This document shows positions 30,625 to 40,072 of a stretch of 52,520 nt of DNA, piece by piece (within the stretch, counting starts at the first letter, position 1; each line of letters begins with the position of its first letter). Location: positions 1 to 52,520 of the forward strand of contig CAMBWO010000001.1 in NCBI GenBank assembly GCA_945871285.1, read 5' to 3'. The notes beneath the pieces were generated by a model, which did not search any database, was not told where the DNA came from, and saw only the letters and a list, made by a program, of their open reading frames with translations. This stretch comes from Pseudorhodobacter antarcticus (GTDB lineage: Bacteria > Pseudomonadota > Alphaproteobacteria > Rhodobacterales > Rhodobacteraceae). The position numbers were made by a program, and so were the translations under genes.

Positions 30625-32403
30625 TCAGATCGGCCAGACCGCCAGGATCAGGGGAACGCCGGCAACCACGACCAGAACCGAAAGCGGCGCGCCAAGCCTT
30701 GCATAGTCGCCAAAGCGATAGCCACCCGGCCCCATGACCAGCGTGTTGCACTGGTGCCCGATGGGCGTCAGGAAATCACACCCGGCGCCGACCGCGACCG
30801 CCATCAAAAACGCATCGGGCGCAAGCCCGAGACGATTGGCAAAGATCGCCGCAATGGGCGCCATGACCAGCACGGTTGCTGCGTTGTTCAAAAAGGGCGT
30901 GACCGCCATCGCCACCATCATGATCAGGGCAACCGCCCCCCAGACCGGAAGCCCGGTCGCCACCGCCGACAGCAGATCACCGATCAGCTCCGCCCCGCCG
31001 GTCGTCTGCAACGCCTCGCTGACCGGAATCAGCGCCCCCAGCATCACAAGGATCGGCCATTCGATGGCCTCATAGGCCGCCTCGGGGCTGATCGCTCCGG
31101 TCAGAACCATCGCCAGCGCCGCCCCGAAGAACGCGATGGCCACCGGCACCAGCCCAAAGGCCGTCAATCCCATCGCCGCGGCCAGGATGACAACCGGCAA
31201 AACGTCCCGCCGCACCGAACCCAGCCGCAACTCACGCTCGGCCAGCGGCAACAATCCCAGCGCCAGGATCCGGTCGGGCAAAATCGCAAGCGAGCCTTGC
31301 AGCAACAGCACATCCCCCGGCTCCAGCGCGGTGTCGCCGATCCTTTCTGTCATCCGCTTGCCCGACCGCGACAGCGCAACCAGATTGATGCCCTGTTCGT
31401 CAAAGAGGTGAAGCCGGGTCGCGCTTTGGCCGATGATGGGCGACGTGCCCTTCACCACGGCCTCGATCACGCCGATCCGCTCTGCACCGCGTTCGGCCGG
31501 TTTTTGCTTGTCTTGCCGCGCCAGCGTCAGCCCGGCCTTCTTGACCGCAAGTTCCAGCCCGTCGGGCCGGCCCCGCAGTTGCAGGATGTCGCCCTCCCGG
31601 ATGACATGCTCTGGCAGGGTTACCGGACGCCGGGCCCCATCGCGGATGACGCCGGTCACCGTGACCTCGCCATCGGCAAGGCCAAGGAACTCACCAATCG
31701 TCTTTCCGATGATCACCGCATCCGGCGGCACGCTGGCCTCCGAGTTGTAGTCGCTGATGTTGACCGCCTCGCCCAACGAGGCCGTGGCACGCCGGTCATG
31801 CGGCAGCAGATACCGCGATGCAAACATCAAGAACACCATCCCCACCGCCGACAGGCCCAGTCCGACCGGGGCGTAATCGAACATGCGGAACGGCTCGCCC
31901 GTCAATTCTTCGCGCACCCGCGACACGATGATGTTGGGCGAGGTGCCAACCATCGTGATCAACCCGCCCAAAAGCGACCCAAAGGCCATCGGCATCAGGT
32001 AAAGCGCCGGTGACGCCCCCGACTTCTTGGCAATCTTCAGCGCGGCAGGCATCATCATCGCCAGCGCACCGATGTTCTTGATCAGTGCCGACAAAACCGT
32101 GACCGTCCCCACAAGAACCAAAAGCTGCACGCGATAGCCGCTTAACCGGCGCGCCAGCCAGCGCAGCAAAACCTCGATCAGGTGCGACCGCGCGACGGCT
32201 GCGCTGACAACCAGCGCCGAGCCGACGATGATGACGATGTCGTCACTGAAGCCGGAAAAGGCATCCTGCGGCGCCACGGTTCCCGCGGCAATCGACACCG
32301 CCAGTGCCAGCATCGCCACCACATCATAGCGCAACCTGCCCCAGATAAAGAGGACCATCATGCCCAGAATGATTGCGAACGCATAGGACTGTAGCAGGGT
32401 CAT
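30625..32403 (-). CDS. SLC13/CitMHS family permease with TrkA-C domains
   Basis: RYDVVA, KNIGALA, GTSPNII, two TrkA-C-like soluble repeats, NNAATV and FLTPIGHQCN...GGYRFGDY motifs. Confidence 0.9.
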   Translation of the reverse strand: MTLLQSYAFAIILGMMVLFIWGRLRYDVVAMLALAVSIAAGTVAPQDAFSGFSDDIVIIVGSALVVSAAVARSHLIEVLLRWLARRLSGYRVQLLVLVGTVTVLSALIKNIGALAMMMPAALKIAKKSGASPALYLMPMAFGSLLGGLITMVGTSPNIIVSRVREELTGEPFRMFDYAPVGLGLSAVGMVFLMFASRYLLPHDRRATASLGEAVNISDYNSEASVPPDAVIIGKTIGEFLGLADGEVTVTGVIRDGARRPVTLPEHVIREGDILQLRGRPDGLELAVKKAGLTLARQDKQKPAERGAERIGVIEAVVKGTSPIIGQSATRLHLFDEQGINLVALSRSGKRMTERIGDTALEPGDVLLLQGSLAILPDRILALGLLPLAERELRLGSVRRDVLPVVILAAAMGLTAFGLVPVAIAFFGAALAMVLTGAISPEAAYEAIEWPILVMLGALIPVSEALQTTGGAELIGDLLSAVATGLPVWGAVALIMMVAMAVTPFLNNAATVLVMAPIAAIFANRLGLAPDAFLMAVAVGAGCDFLTPIGHQCNTLVMGPGGYRFGDYARLGAPLSVLVVVAGVPLILAVWPI

Positions 32404-32494
32404 GTGGTCTCCGCAGACGTGTGCTGACGTGAGATGCAATCAGTCCGTCAAAACAACGCACCGACCGGATCCACGTTCCCCAAAGAAAAGCCGA

Positions 32495-33187
32495 TCATCT
32501 GTCATCTTCCAGCCGCCCGTCGCGCAGATGGAACAGCCGGTCAAAGCGATCAAGGATCTTCTCGTCATGGGTCACGGCAATGATGCAGGCCTCCTGTTCG
32601 GCGGCCAGCTTGCGCAGCAGGTCCATCACGATGCCGGCACGCGCGCTGTCCAGTGCGGCCGTGGGTTCATCGGCCAGAATGATGCGCGGGGTGTTGGCCA
32701 GCGCGCGGGCAATCGCCACGCGCTGCGCCTCGCCGCCCGACAGCAGGGCCGGCATCGCCCGGGCGCGGTTGCCAACCTCCAGATAGTCCAGCAGTTCCAG
32801 CGCCCGTTCCTGCGCCTGCGCGCGGCTCTTGCCCGCCAGTTGCAGCACCAGCGCCACGTTGTCGGTGGCGTTCAGGAAGGGCAGCAGGTTGTGTGCCTGA
32901 AAGATGAAGCCAATCTTGTCCAACCGCAGCCGCCGCAGATCGTTGCGCAGCCAGCGGGTGTCAAAGACCAACTCGCCGTCCAGACTGACCTGCCCTTCGG
33001 ACGGGGCGATGATGCAGCCGATGATGTTCAAAAGCGTGGTCTTGCCTGACCCCGACGGGCCCAGCAACGCCACCACTTCGCCCGCATGGACCTGCAGATC
33101 AAGGTTGCGCAGGGCATCGACCCGCGCCTCGCCCGCGCCGTAATGCTTGGCGACACCCTTGATGTCGACGATCACCTTGCGCTCCAC
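32495..33187 (-). CDS. ABC efflux transporter ATP-binding protein (LolD/DevA type)
   Basis: GPSGSGKTT, LSGGEAQRV, ADEPTAALD and VTHD motifs. Confidence 0.92.
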   Translation of the reverse strand: MERKVIVDIKGVAKHYGAGEARVDALRNLDLQVHAGEVVALLGPSGSGKTTLLNIIGCIIAPSEGQVSLDGELVFDTRWLRNDLRRLRLDKIGFIFQAHNLLPFLNATDNVALVLQLAGKSRAQAQERALELLDYLEVGNRARAMPALLSGGEAQRVAIARALANTPRIILADEPTAALDSARAGIVMDLLRKLAAEQEACIIAVTHDEKILDRFDRLFHLRDGRLEDDR

Positions 33188-33190
33188 GGC

Positions 33191-34324
33191 TCAGCCTCCC
33201 AAGGCGGTGGCGGGGTCCACCTTCAACGCCGCGCGCACGCCAAGACCCGAGGCCAGGACGCAGACCGCCAGAATGATCCCGGTCAGGACCAGCGCATTGA
33301 CCGGCTCCAGCAGCACGCGGCGCGGGAAATAGTCCTTGACCGTTAGGATCAGCACCAGCCCAAGACCCAGACCAACCACCCCCAGCGCCACCGATTGCTG
33401 CACGATCAGCCCGATGATGGTGCGGTCGGGCGCACCAATCAGCTTCAGCGTGGCGATCTGCTTCAGCTTTTCCATCGTCATGGTGTAGATGATCAGCGCG
33501 ATCACCACCGCCGAGACGGTCAAAAGGATACCAAGAAAAAGGCCAATCTGCTTGCGGGCCTTGTCCACCACCGATTTGATCAGGATGTCTTCCTGGTCCG
33601 CTTGCGTCAGCGCCGACAGGTGTTTCCATTGTCGCACCGTCTGCACCACGCTTTGCGCGTCGACATTGGGGTCCAGCCGGGCAATCACCGCCGCCACCGT
33701 GGCCCCGGACGCGCCCGCCACCCCGCGTGCGGCCTGCACCCGGGCGGCCGGGGGCGCCAGCTGGGTTTGCAGAACCTGCGCATCGGCAAGGGTCAGAAAG
33801 ATCGCCGGATCGCCCCCCGAATTCATCGTGTCCTTGACCAGCCCGACAACCGAAAACCGGTTGCGCCCCAAAACAATGGTGTCACCCAGAACCATCCCCG
33901 CCTTGGCATCGACCACCAGTTCGAAATGGCTGGCCTCAAGGCCGCGACCCGCCACAATGGCCCGCGGCCCGCCCAGGCGACCGCGCTCGTAGCCGATGGC
34001 ATAAAGCCGCAGCGTGGCCCCCTTGAACGGCGCCTCGATGGTCTGATAGGTGATGCTGCCCGCCTCGGCCACGCCATGCAGCCGGGCCACCGCGTCGCGG
34101 GTGTCATCGGGGATTTTCGAGGCCTCGGCAAACGGCCCCTGCGTGTCGGCCTCGACCACCCAGATATCGGCTTGCGGCGCCTTCACGATGTTCAGCGCAT
34201 CCGAAACGAGGCCGTTGTAAATGCCCATCATCGCCAGAACCACGGTCATCAACAGACCCAACCCAAGGCAGGTCAGGACAAACCGAAACAGGTTGTGGCG
34301 GACATCGCGAAAGGCCAGGTTCAT
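33191..34324 (-). CDS. ABC efflux transporter permease (MacB/FtsX type)
   Basis: One N-terminal TM, periplasmic domain, IATLKLIGA and three C-terminal TMs ending VDPATAL. Confidence 0.9.
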   Translation of the reverse strand: MNLAFRDVRHNLFRFVLTCLGLGLLMTVVLAMMGIYNGLVSDALNIVKAPQADIWVVEADTQGPFAEASKIPDDTRDAVARLHGVAEAGSITYQTIEAPFKGATLRLYAIGYERGRLGGPRAIVAGRGLEASHFELVVDAKAGMVLGDTIVLGRNRFSVVGLVKDTMNSGGDPAIFLTLADAQVLQTQLAPPAARVQAARGVAGASGATVAAVIARLDPNVDAQSVVQTVRQWKHLSALTQADQEDILIKSVVDKARKQIGLFLGILLTVSAVVIALIIYTMTMEKLKQIATLKLIGAPDRTIIGLIVQQSVALGVVGLGLGLVLILTVKDYFPRRVLLEPVNALVLTGIILAVCVLASGLGVRAALKVDPATALGG

Positions 34325-35481
34325 GGCGCATCTCCCGTGATCCGCGCCAGCCGCCCGTCCGTCACCCCTTTGAGCGGGCTGGCGACGATCCGCCCGCCCT
34401 CCGGCACCCCCGAGACGACTTCGACCCGCGCATCCTCGGTCCGGTGACCAAACACCAGCGCCACCTGGGCAAGGCGCCCGTCCTTGACCACCCAGACCCG
34501 ACCCTGATGGCCGTCAAAGCCGTCAATCGCCACCTCTGGCACCAAAAGCGCCTGCGCAAGCGCGGCCACCGTGATCCGCACCTCGGCTTGTTCGCCCAAA
34601 AACATCTCGTCGGGGCAATCGGTGCAGGCAATCCAGACCCGGCGTTCTTCATTCACCCGGTCGCTCTCGATGCCGATGCGCGCGACCTTGCCCGCGAACA
34701 CCGCATGGGGCAGGGACCGCAGCCGGATTTCCGCCGCCTGACCCAGCGCAATCTCACCCGCCCGGCCCTCGTCGATATAGCTTTGCACCCAGATGGTTTT
34801 CGCATCCATCAGCGAAAAGATCACATCGCCCGCGCGCACCACCGTGCCCGCTTCGGCGTGGCGCTCGACAATCACCGCATCGAACGGCGCTGTCAGGGCA
34901 TGATGGTCCAAAAGGGTCTGTTCATACAGCAAACCCGCGCGGGCGTCGGCGGCCTGCGCGGTCACGACGTCCACCTCGCTTTGCGCCACGGTCAGATCGG
35001 CGGCCGCGACATCCACATCGCGTTGCGTCTCCTCGGCCACCTTGGCCGCAACGGCGCTCCGAGAGGCCAGGTCTTGCTGGCGGACATTGGCCGCCTTGCG
35101 CTGCGCCAGAACGGCTCTGGCCCGCTCAACACTCGCCCCGGCCTTCAGGATCGCGGCTTGGGATGCCGCAACCCCCGCCTCGGCCCGCGCCACACGCGCC
35201 GCTTGCTCCGCCGGATGCAGCCGCGCCAGAACCTGCCCCCTCGTCACATGGTCATTGCTGTCAACCAAAAGCTCGGTCAGGGCCGCGCCCACCTCAAAGC
35301 CGATCTTCGAGACAACCCGCGCCTCGACCGTGCCCAGGCCGTAAACCCGGACAGGTGTCGCGTCCTGTGCAGCGACCACCGACACGGCCACCGGGCGTTC
35401 GGTCAGAAAGAACCAGCCGCCAACGCCAATCGCGGTGACGGCCAGCAGCGCGACACCCGTGCGTTTGGTCAGAAATGTCAT
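34321..35481 (-). CDS. Efflux membrane fusion (periplasmic adaptor) protein
   Basis: N-terminal TM, lipoyl-like VTRGQVLARL, coiled coil and LTAPFDAVI motif. Confidence 0.9.
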   Translation of the reverse strand: MTFLTKRTGVALLAVTAIGVGGWFFLTERPVAVSVVAAQDATPVRVYGLGTVEARVVSKIGFEVGAALTELLVDSNDHVTRGQVLARLHPAEQAARVARAEAGVAASQAAILKAGASVERARAVLAQRKAANVRQQDLASRSAVAAKVAEETQRDVDVAAADLTVAQSEVDVVTAQAADARAGLLYEQTLLDHHALTAPFDAVIVERHAEAGTVVRAGDVIFSLMDAKTIWVQSYIDEGRAGEIALGQAAEIRLRSLPHAVFAGKVARIGIESDRVNEERRVWIACTDCPDEMFLGEQAEVRITVAALAQALLVPEVAIDGFDGHQGRVWVVKDGRLAQVALVFGHRTEDARVEVVSGVPEGGRIVASPLKGVTDGRLARITGDAP

Positions 35482-36095
35482 GTGGTTTCCTCCAGAGGCG
35501 CCTGCGCGCGGTACAGGTTGATCTGACAGGCCAGCAAACGCCCGCCCTCAGCTTCCAATGAGAATGCGCGCTGACCCAGCGACCAGCGGATTGCCAGCCC
35601 CTGAATCAGGGAAATCAGCAGCATGGCGGCATCCTTGGGGTCAAGATCGCCCCGATAGACCCCCAGCGACCGGCCTTCGGTCAAAGCATCGACCAGCAGG
35701 GCCTGAAACCGGGTCATCAACCCCACAAATTGCCCGCGCAGCGCGGCGTTTTCACTGTGCAACTCGCGTGAGTGCAAGATCGCCGGTATCGCCGGGTTTG
35801 CCGCAATCAGGCGCAACTGCGCCCGGATCAACGCCACCACCCGATCCTTCGGCAGGGCATCTGTGGCCAGAACCTGCTCCCAGCCTTCGGTCATGATGCG
35901 GGCAATTTGCGCCGCAACCGCCAGCCAAAGGTCCTGCTTCGTCGCAAAGTGGCGAAAGATGCCGGGTTGGGTCAGGCCAACCGCCTTTGCCACAGCGTCC
36001 GTCGTCAGCCGGTCTGGCCCCAGCTCGTCAGCCAACCTCAACATGGCGGCAACGATTTCGGCCTTGCGACTGTCTGCAGATTTGCGCTCGACCAT
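35478..36095 (-). CDS. TetR/AcrR family regulator of the efflux operon
   Basis: RKAEIV...LTTDAVAKAVGLTQPGIFRHF HTH; ATGA overlap with the adaptor gene. Confidence 0.9.
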   Translation of the reverse strand: MVERKSADSRKAEIVAAMLRLADELGPDRLTTDAVAKAVGLTQPGIFRHFATKQDLWLAVAAQIARIMTEGWEQVLATDALPKDRVVALIRAQLRLIAANPAIPAILHSRELHSENAALRGQFVGLMTRFQALLVDALTEGRSLGVYRGDLDPKDAAMLLISLIQGLAIRWSLGQRAFSLEAEGGRLLACQINLYRAQAPLEETT

Positions 36096-36114
36096 GCAGG
36101 CTCACCCATCAAGC

Positions 36115-36130
36115 TAGTTATCAATCACTA
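36115..36130. promoter_or_regulatory. Putative autoregulatory TetR operator (TAGTTATcaATCACTA)
   Basis: AT-rich 7-2-7 palindrome with one mismatch, about 20 bp upstream of the tetR start. Confidence 0.5.
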
Positions 36131-36301
36131 ACAACTAGACAGGCACGAAGCCCAAGTCAATCGCCGTGCCCGTGCAACCCCGAAAAGCTGGCCGTCCTGC
36201 GAAGTCCCCATGCAGATCCATGTGTTTGCGCCCGGCGCAATGCGGTCCAACCCCTCGGGCCGACCAGTCCCTGCGCAAATCTTGCGCGGCGATACGCCAT
36301 A

Positions 36302-36319
36302 GCGTCACACAACCGTAAC
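36302..36319 (+). promoter_or_regulatory. Putative Pho box upstream of phnF
   Basis: GCGTCAC-acaa-CCGTAAC, an 11-bp-period direct repeat resembling CTGTCAT-N4-CTGTCAC. Confidence 0.45.
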
Positions 36320-36369
36320 GATGGGGGTGTAACTCTCCGGTCATTCGAATGAATTACGGATCGGACAGC

Positions 36370-37119
36370 ATGGGCCGCGACAACTGGAAGATCATACGGG
36401 ACAAGATCTCGGCGAAAATCTCTGCCGGGGAACTTGAGCCCGGCGCACAACTGCCGACCGAGTCCCAACTGTGCCAGAGTTTTGCGACGGGCCGCCATTC
36501 GGTGCGGCGCGCGGTGGCGGCCCTGGCGGTCGAGGGCAAGCTGCGGGTCGAGCAGGGGCGCGGCACCTTTGTGCAGGCGGCCCCCTTGATCAGCTATCAA
36601 ATCGGGCGGCGCACCCGGTTTCGGCAAAACCTGCTGGAGCAGGGCATTGCCCCTGCGGGTGAGCAACTTGCCGACGCTGTCGTGCCGGCCTCGGCGCGGG
36701 TGGCGGCAGAGCTTGGCCTTGTCGAGGGCAGCCCGGTTCACCGCCTGTTGCGCCGCGGTCTGGCAGACGGGGTGCCGATCAGCATCGGGCTGTCCTGGCA
36801 CTGTGCCACCCGGTTTCCCGACCTTGCCGTGCAGCGCGCAGGCGGCGCGTCGGTCACAGATATCTACCGCAGCCACGGCATTGCGGACTATTTCCGCAAG
36901 CGCACCACGATCTTTGCGCGCCGACCCGACGACGAAGAGGCGCGGCTGCTCATGCAGCACCCCGATCAGCCGGTGTTGGTGCTGCAAAAGACCGATGTCG
37001 ACGCCGCGGGCCGGCCCCTTGGGTATTCCGAGGCGGTCTGGGCGGCGGACCGGGTGCAGTTTTCCTTTGACAGTCAGGATGAGGGCGATGGCGCCCCGGA
37101 AAGTACCGCCAATGTTTGA
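36370..37119 (+). CDS. phnF: PhnF, GntR/UTRA phosphonate regulator
   Basis: LPTESQL...RHSVRRAVAAL...EQGRGTFV HTH plus UTRA domain; start could be 36349. Confidence 0.92.
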   Translation: MGRDNWKIIRDKISAKISAGELEPGAQLPTESQLCQSFATGRHSVRRAVAALAVEGKLRVEQGRGTFVQAAPLISYQIGRRTRFRQNLLEQGIAPAGEQLADAVVPASARVAAELGLVEGSPVHRLLRRGLADGVPISIGLSWHCATRFPDLAVQRAGGASVTDIYRSHGIADYFRKRTTIFARRPDDEEARLLMQHPDQPVLVLQKTDVDAAGRPLGYSEAVWAADRVQFSFDSQDEGDGAPESTANV

Positions 37120-37555
37120 CCAAGGCTCTGATCCCGCCCAGCCCTTTGACCATGCGCGCCTGCTGGACGTGCTGGCCCGCGCCGATGCCGACCGTCTGGC
37201 CACGCTGGCCGAAGGCTTGCTGACAGCCTTAGGCCCGGTCGAGGTGGTGCAAAGCCGCACCGGTCTGGTCATGCTGCCGATGCGCGACACCGTGCAAGGC
37301 ACCGATTTTCATCTGGGCGAGGTGCTGGTGGCCGAGGCGCATATCCGGGCGGCGGGAACCGAAGGCTATGGCATGGTTGTGGGCCGCGACCTGAACCGTG
37401 CGATGGCGATGGCTGTGGTCGATGCAGCGGCCAGCCTTGGCCAAACGCCGCAGATCCGCGCCTTCCTGCACCACGAGGCGACCGCCCAAGCCGCCACCGA
37501 CACCGCCCGCCTGCGCGAGGTTGAGGCCACCCGCGTTGATATGGAGACGTTTTGA
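37112..37555 (+). CDS. phnG: PhnG C-P lyase complex subunit
   Basis: TGLVMLPMRD, FHLGEVLV, GYGMVVG and ATRVDMETF motifs; ATG 37112 overlaps phnF. Confidence 0.9.
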   Translation: MFDQGSDPAQPFDHARLLDVLARADADRLATLAEGLLTALGPVEVVQSRTGLVMLPMRDTVQGTDFHLGEVLVAEAHIRAAGTEGYGMVVGRDLNRAMAMAVVDAAASLGQTPQIRAFLHHEATAQAATDTARLREVEATRVDMETF

Positions 37556-38100
37556 TGTCCTTTCTGACCGCCGTTCCGCTGCCCGACGCCTTTGAAACGC
37601 GCACCAACGCCACGTTCGAGGCGCTGATGTGGGCCCTGTCCCGCCCCGGCACTGTGCAGGACTTGCCCGCCCCCGGCAGCGCGGGCATTGCCGAGGCGCT
37701 GCTGGACCGCGAATGCCGGGCGTTTTGCGACGATCCCGCCCTTGCGGACCGCATCGCCACCTTCGGCGCGGCGTTGGTGCCATTGCCCCTTGCTGATCAT
37801 TGCTTTCTTGCGCTGGACGCAGGCCTCGACCGGCTGGCGCAAATCGCGGTCGGCTCGGCGCTTTACCCTGACACAGGGGCCACAGTGGTGGCCCAGGCCC
37901 GGTTCGGCACGGGCCAGCGGTTGCGGCTGACCGGGCCAGGCATCGAAACCCTGGCCGAGATCGCGCTGGACGGGATTGCGCCCGGATTCTGGGCCTTGCG
38001 CGCAGCCCTGTGCCGCTATCCCGCCGGGTTTGATCTGTTTTTGACGTGCGGTGCCCAGGTGATCGGCCTGCCGCGTTCCACCACAATCGAGGTGCTCTGA
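37555..38100 (+). CDS. phnH: PhnH C-P lyase complex subunit
   Basis: FEALMWALSRPG, GSALYPDTGAT, LTGPGI, YPAGFD and GLPRST motifs; TGATG coupling. Confidence 0.9.
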   Translation: MSFLTAVPLPDAFETRTNATFEALMWALSRPGTVQDLPAPGSAGIAEALLDRECRAFCDDPALADRIATFGAALVPLPLADHCFLALDAGLDRLAQIAVGSALYPDTGATVVAQARFGTGQRLRLTGPGIETLAEIALDGIAPGFWALRAALCRYPAGFDLFLTCGAQVIGLPRSTTIEVL

Positions 38101-39164
38101 TGGCCTATGTTGCAACCCGCGGCGGCGAACGCGCCATTGAACAGTCCGAGCGTCTGTATCGTGCAGAACTGGGCCAGATCGACGCCGCCCGTGTGGCCGA
38201 AATTCGCCACGCGCTGCCGATGCTGATTGACCGCGTGATGGGGGAGGCTTCGCTCTATGAACCCGACCTTGCGGCCCTTGCCCTGGCACAGGCGGGGGGC
38301 GACCTGTATGAGGCGGTCTTGCTGCTTCGCGCCTGGCGCACCACCCAGCCGCGCCTGACGATTGCCCAGCCGGTGCTGCAAGACCAGCTTTTCACCCTTC
38401 GGCGGATCTCGGCGGCGTTCAAGGACATTCCGGGCGGACAGATCCTGGGACCAAGCCTCGACTATGCGCACCGCCTGCTGGCGACCGGGGTGTTGCAGGG
38501 GCGGCCCTATGTGCCCGCCGCCGTCCAGCCTGCCGCCACCCCGGCCCCCGCCCGGCAACCTTCGCTGGCCGCCTGGCAAAAGGCGCAGGGGCTGGTGGCT
38601 GACCCCGCCCGCGCCGATGTCGCCCCCGATGACATCCCCGACCTGACGCGCGAGCCGCTGCTGTTTCCCGCCGCACGTGCCCACACGCTGCAAAGCCTGG
38701 CGCGGGCCGATACCGGCGGGATGCTGGCCTTGGGCTATTCCGCGATGCGCGGCTATGGCAACGCCCACCCCACGGTCAACGAGTTGCGCCTCGCCGAGGC
38801 CGACGTCCGCGTGCGTCACCCCGGTGGCACGGTGTTTTCCGCCGGACGGGTCAAGGTCAGTCAGGCCGAGGTCACGTCAAAGGGCAAGTCGGGCCTGCTG
38901 GAGCTGGGCTTCTGCGCCACCCTGGGATGGAACGAGGTCAAGGTCATCTCGGGCGCCACGCTGGACCTGAACGCCCCCGGCGCCGCCAAGGGATCGCCGG
39001 TCGAAGAGGAGTTTTTCTTGTATCATACCGAACCGGTCGAGGCGTCCGGCTTTTGCATCCACTTCAAACTGCCGCATTACGTGACTTTTCAATCCTCGCT
39101 TGACGCCCTGCGCGGGGCCAAGGCCGTCCCTGCGCCCCATGAGCCCGAAAAGGTGCCCGCATGA
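38100..39164 (+). CDS. phnI: PhnI C-P lyase complex subunit
   Basis: MAYVATRGGE, RRISAAFKDIPGGQILG and HFKLPHYV motifs; TGATG coupling. Confidence 0.93.
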   Translation: MAYVATRGGERAIEQSERLYRAELGQIDAARVAEIRHALPMLIDRVMGEASLYEPDLAALALAQAGGDLYEAVLLLRAWRTTQPRLTIAQPVLQDQLFTLRRISAAFKDIPGGQILGPSLDYAHRLLATGVLQGRPYVPAAVQPAATPAPARQPSLAAWQKAQGLVADPARADVAPDDIPDLTREPLLFPAARAHTLQSLARADTGGMLALGYSAMRGYGNAHPTVNELRLAEADVRVRHPGGTVFSAGRVKVSQAEVTSKGKSGLLELGFCATLGWNEVKVISGATLDLNAPGAAKGSPVEEEFFLYHTEPVEASGFCIHFKLPHYVTFQSSLDALRGAKAVPAPHEPEKVPA

Positions 39165-40072
39165 CCATCGCCACCCTGACAAAACCGTGGGAAGCAATGT
39201 CCTACGGCTTCCTCGACGCCTCGGCCAAGCGCGAACTGCGGCGCAAGATGCTCAAGGCCATTGCCGTGCCGGGTTGCCAGATGCCCTATGCCAGCCGCGA
39301 AGTGCCAATGGCGCGGGGCTGGGGGACGGGTGGTTTGCAGGTGACGCTGACGCTGCTGCGGCCCAGTTCGGTGGTCAAGGTCATTGATCAAGGGGCCGAT
39401 GACAGCGTGAACGCGGCCTCGATCCGGTCGTTCCTCTCCAAGGTTTCGGGTGCACGGGAAACCTGGGATACCCTCGAGGCCACGATCCTGCAAAGCCGCC
39501 ACCGCATCCCCGAGGAACGGCTGCGCGCCGATCAGGTGCTGGTCTTGCAAGTGCCGAACCCCGAACCCCTGCGCCCGGTCGAACCCAACATGAGCGTCGC
39601 CCGCCAGATGCACGCCGATGCCGACTACGGGCGGCTGTGGCTGATCCTTTACGAACAGATCGTGCGGTCGGGCCGGGTCATGCAGGGGGCGGCCTATCCG
39701 TCACTGGTGAACGGGCGGCATGTGATGACGCCCTCACCCATCCCGCGCTGGGATGTGCCAAAGCTGCACATGGCGCAGCATTTGACCTTTCTGTCGGCCG
39801 GGCGCGAAAAGCGGCTGTACGCCGTCCCGCCCTTTACCAGGGTCGAACCTCTGGTCTTTTCCGACGTGCCCTTCCAGGTCGAGGATCATGCCGCGCTGAC
39901 CTGCCACCGCTCGGGGCTGACGGGCTATTTCATGAACGAGATCCCCCAGGGTGATGGCGGATCGCAGTTCGAACTGTCCGACAGCAACCTTGGCATCAAG
40001 GCGATCCGGCAGGCCGAAGGCGCCGACGCCCGCATCGGCCCCACCTGGTACGAAAACGGAAAGACATCATGA
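39161..40072 (+). CDS. phnJ: PhnJ homologue, atypical: lacks the CX2CX21C cluster motif and the catalytic Cys
   Basis: GWGTGG, KVIDQGADD, RHRIPE, PSPIP and AGREKR.YAVPPFT motifs are present; only two Cys in the protein (C39, C248). Confidence 0.92.
   Translation: MTIATLTKPWEAMSYGFLDASAKRELRRKMLKAIAVPGCQMPYASREVPMARGWGTGGLQVTLTLLRPSSVVKVIDQGADDSVNAASIRSFLSKVSGARETWDTLEATILQSRHRIPEERLRADQVLVLQVPNPEPLRPVEPNMSVARQMHADADYGRLWLILYEQIVRSGRVMQGAAYPSLVNGRHVMTPSPIPRWDVPKLHMAQHLTFLSAGREKRLYAVPPFTRVEPLVFSDVPFQVEDHAALTCHRSGLTGYFMNEIPQGDGGSQFELSDSNLGIKAIRQAEGADARIGPTWYENGKTS

Noticed and set aside
39895-40072. Frameshift as the cause of the missing PhnJ cysteines
   Set aside because: The reading frame still aligns residue by residue with the canonical C-terminus (G, NE, G, F, SD) and ends in an ATGA overlap with phnK.
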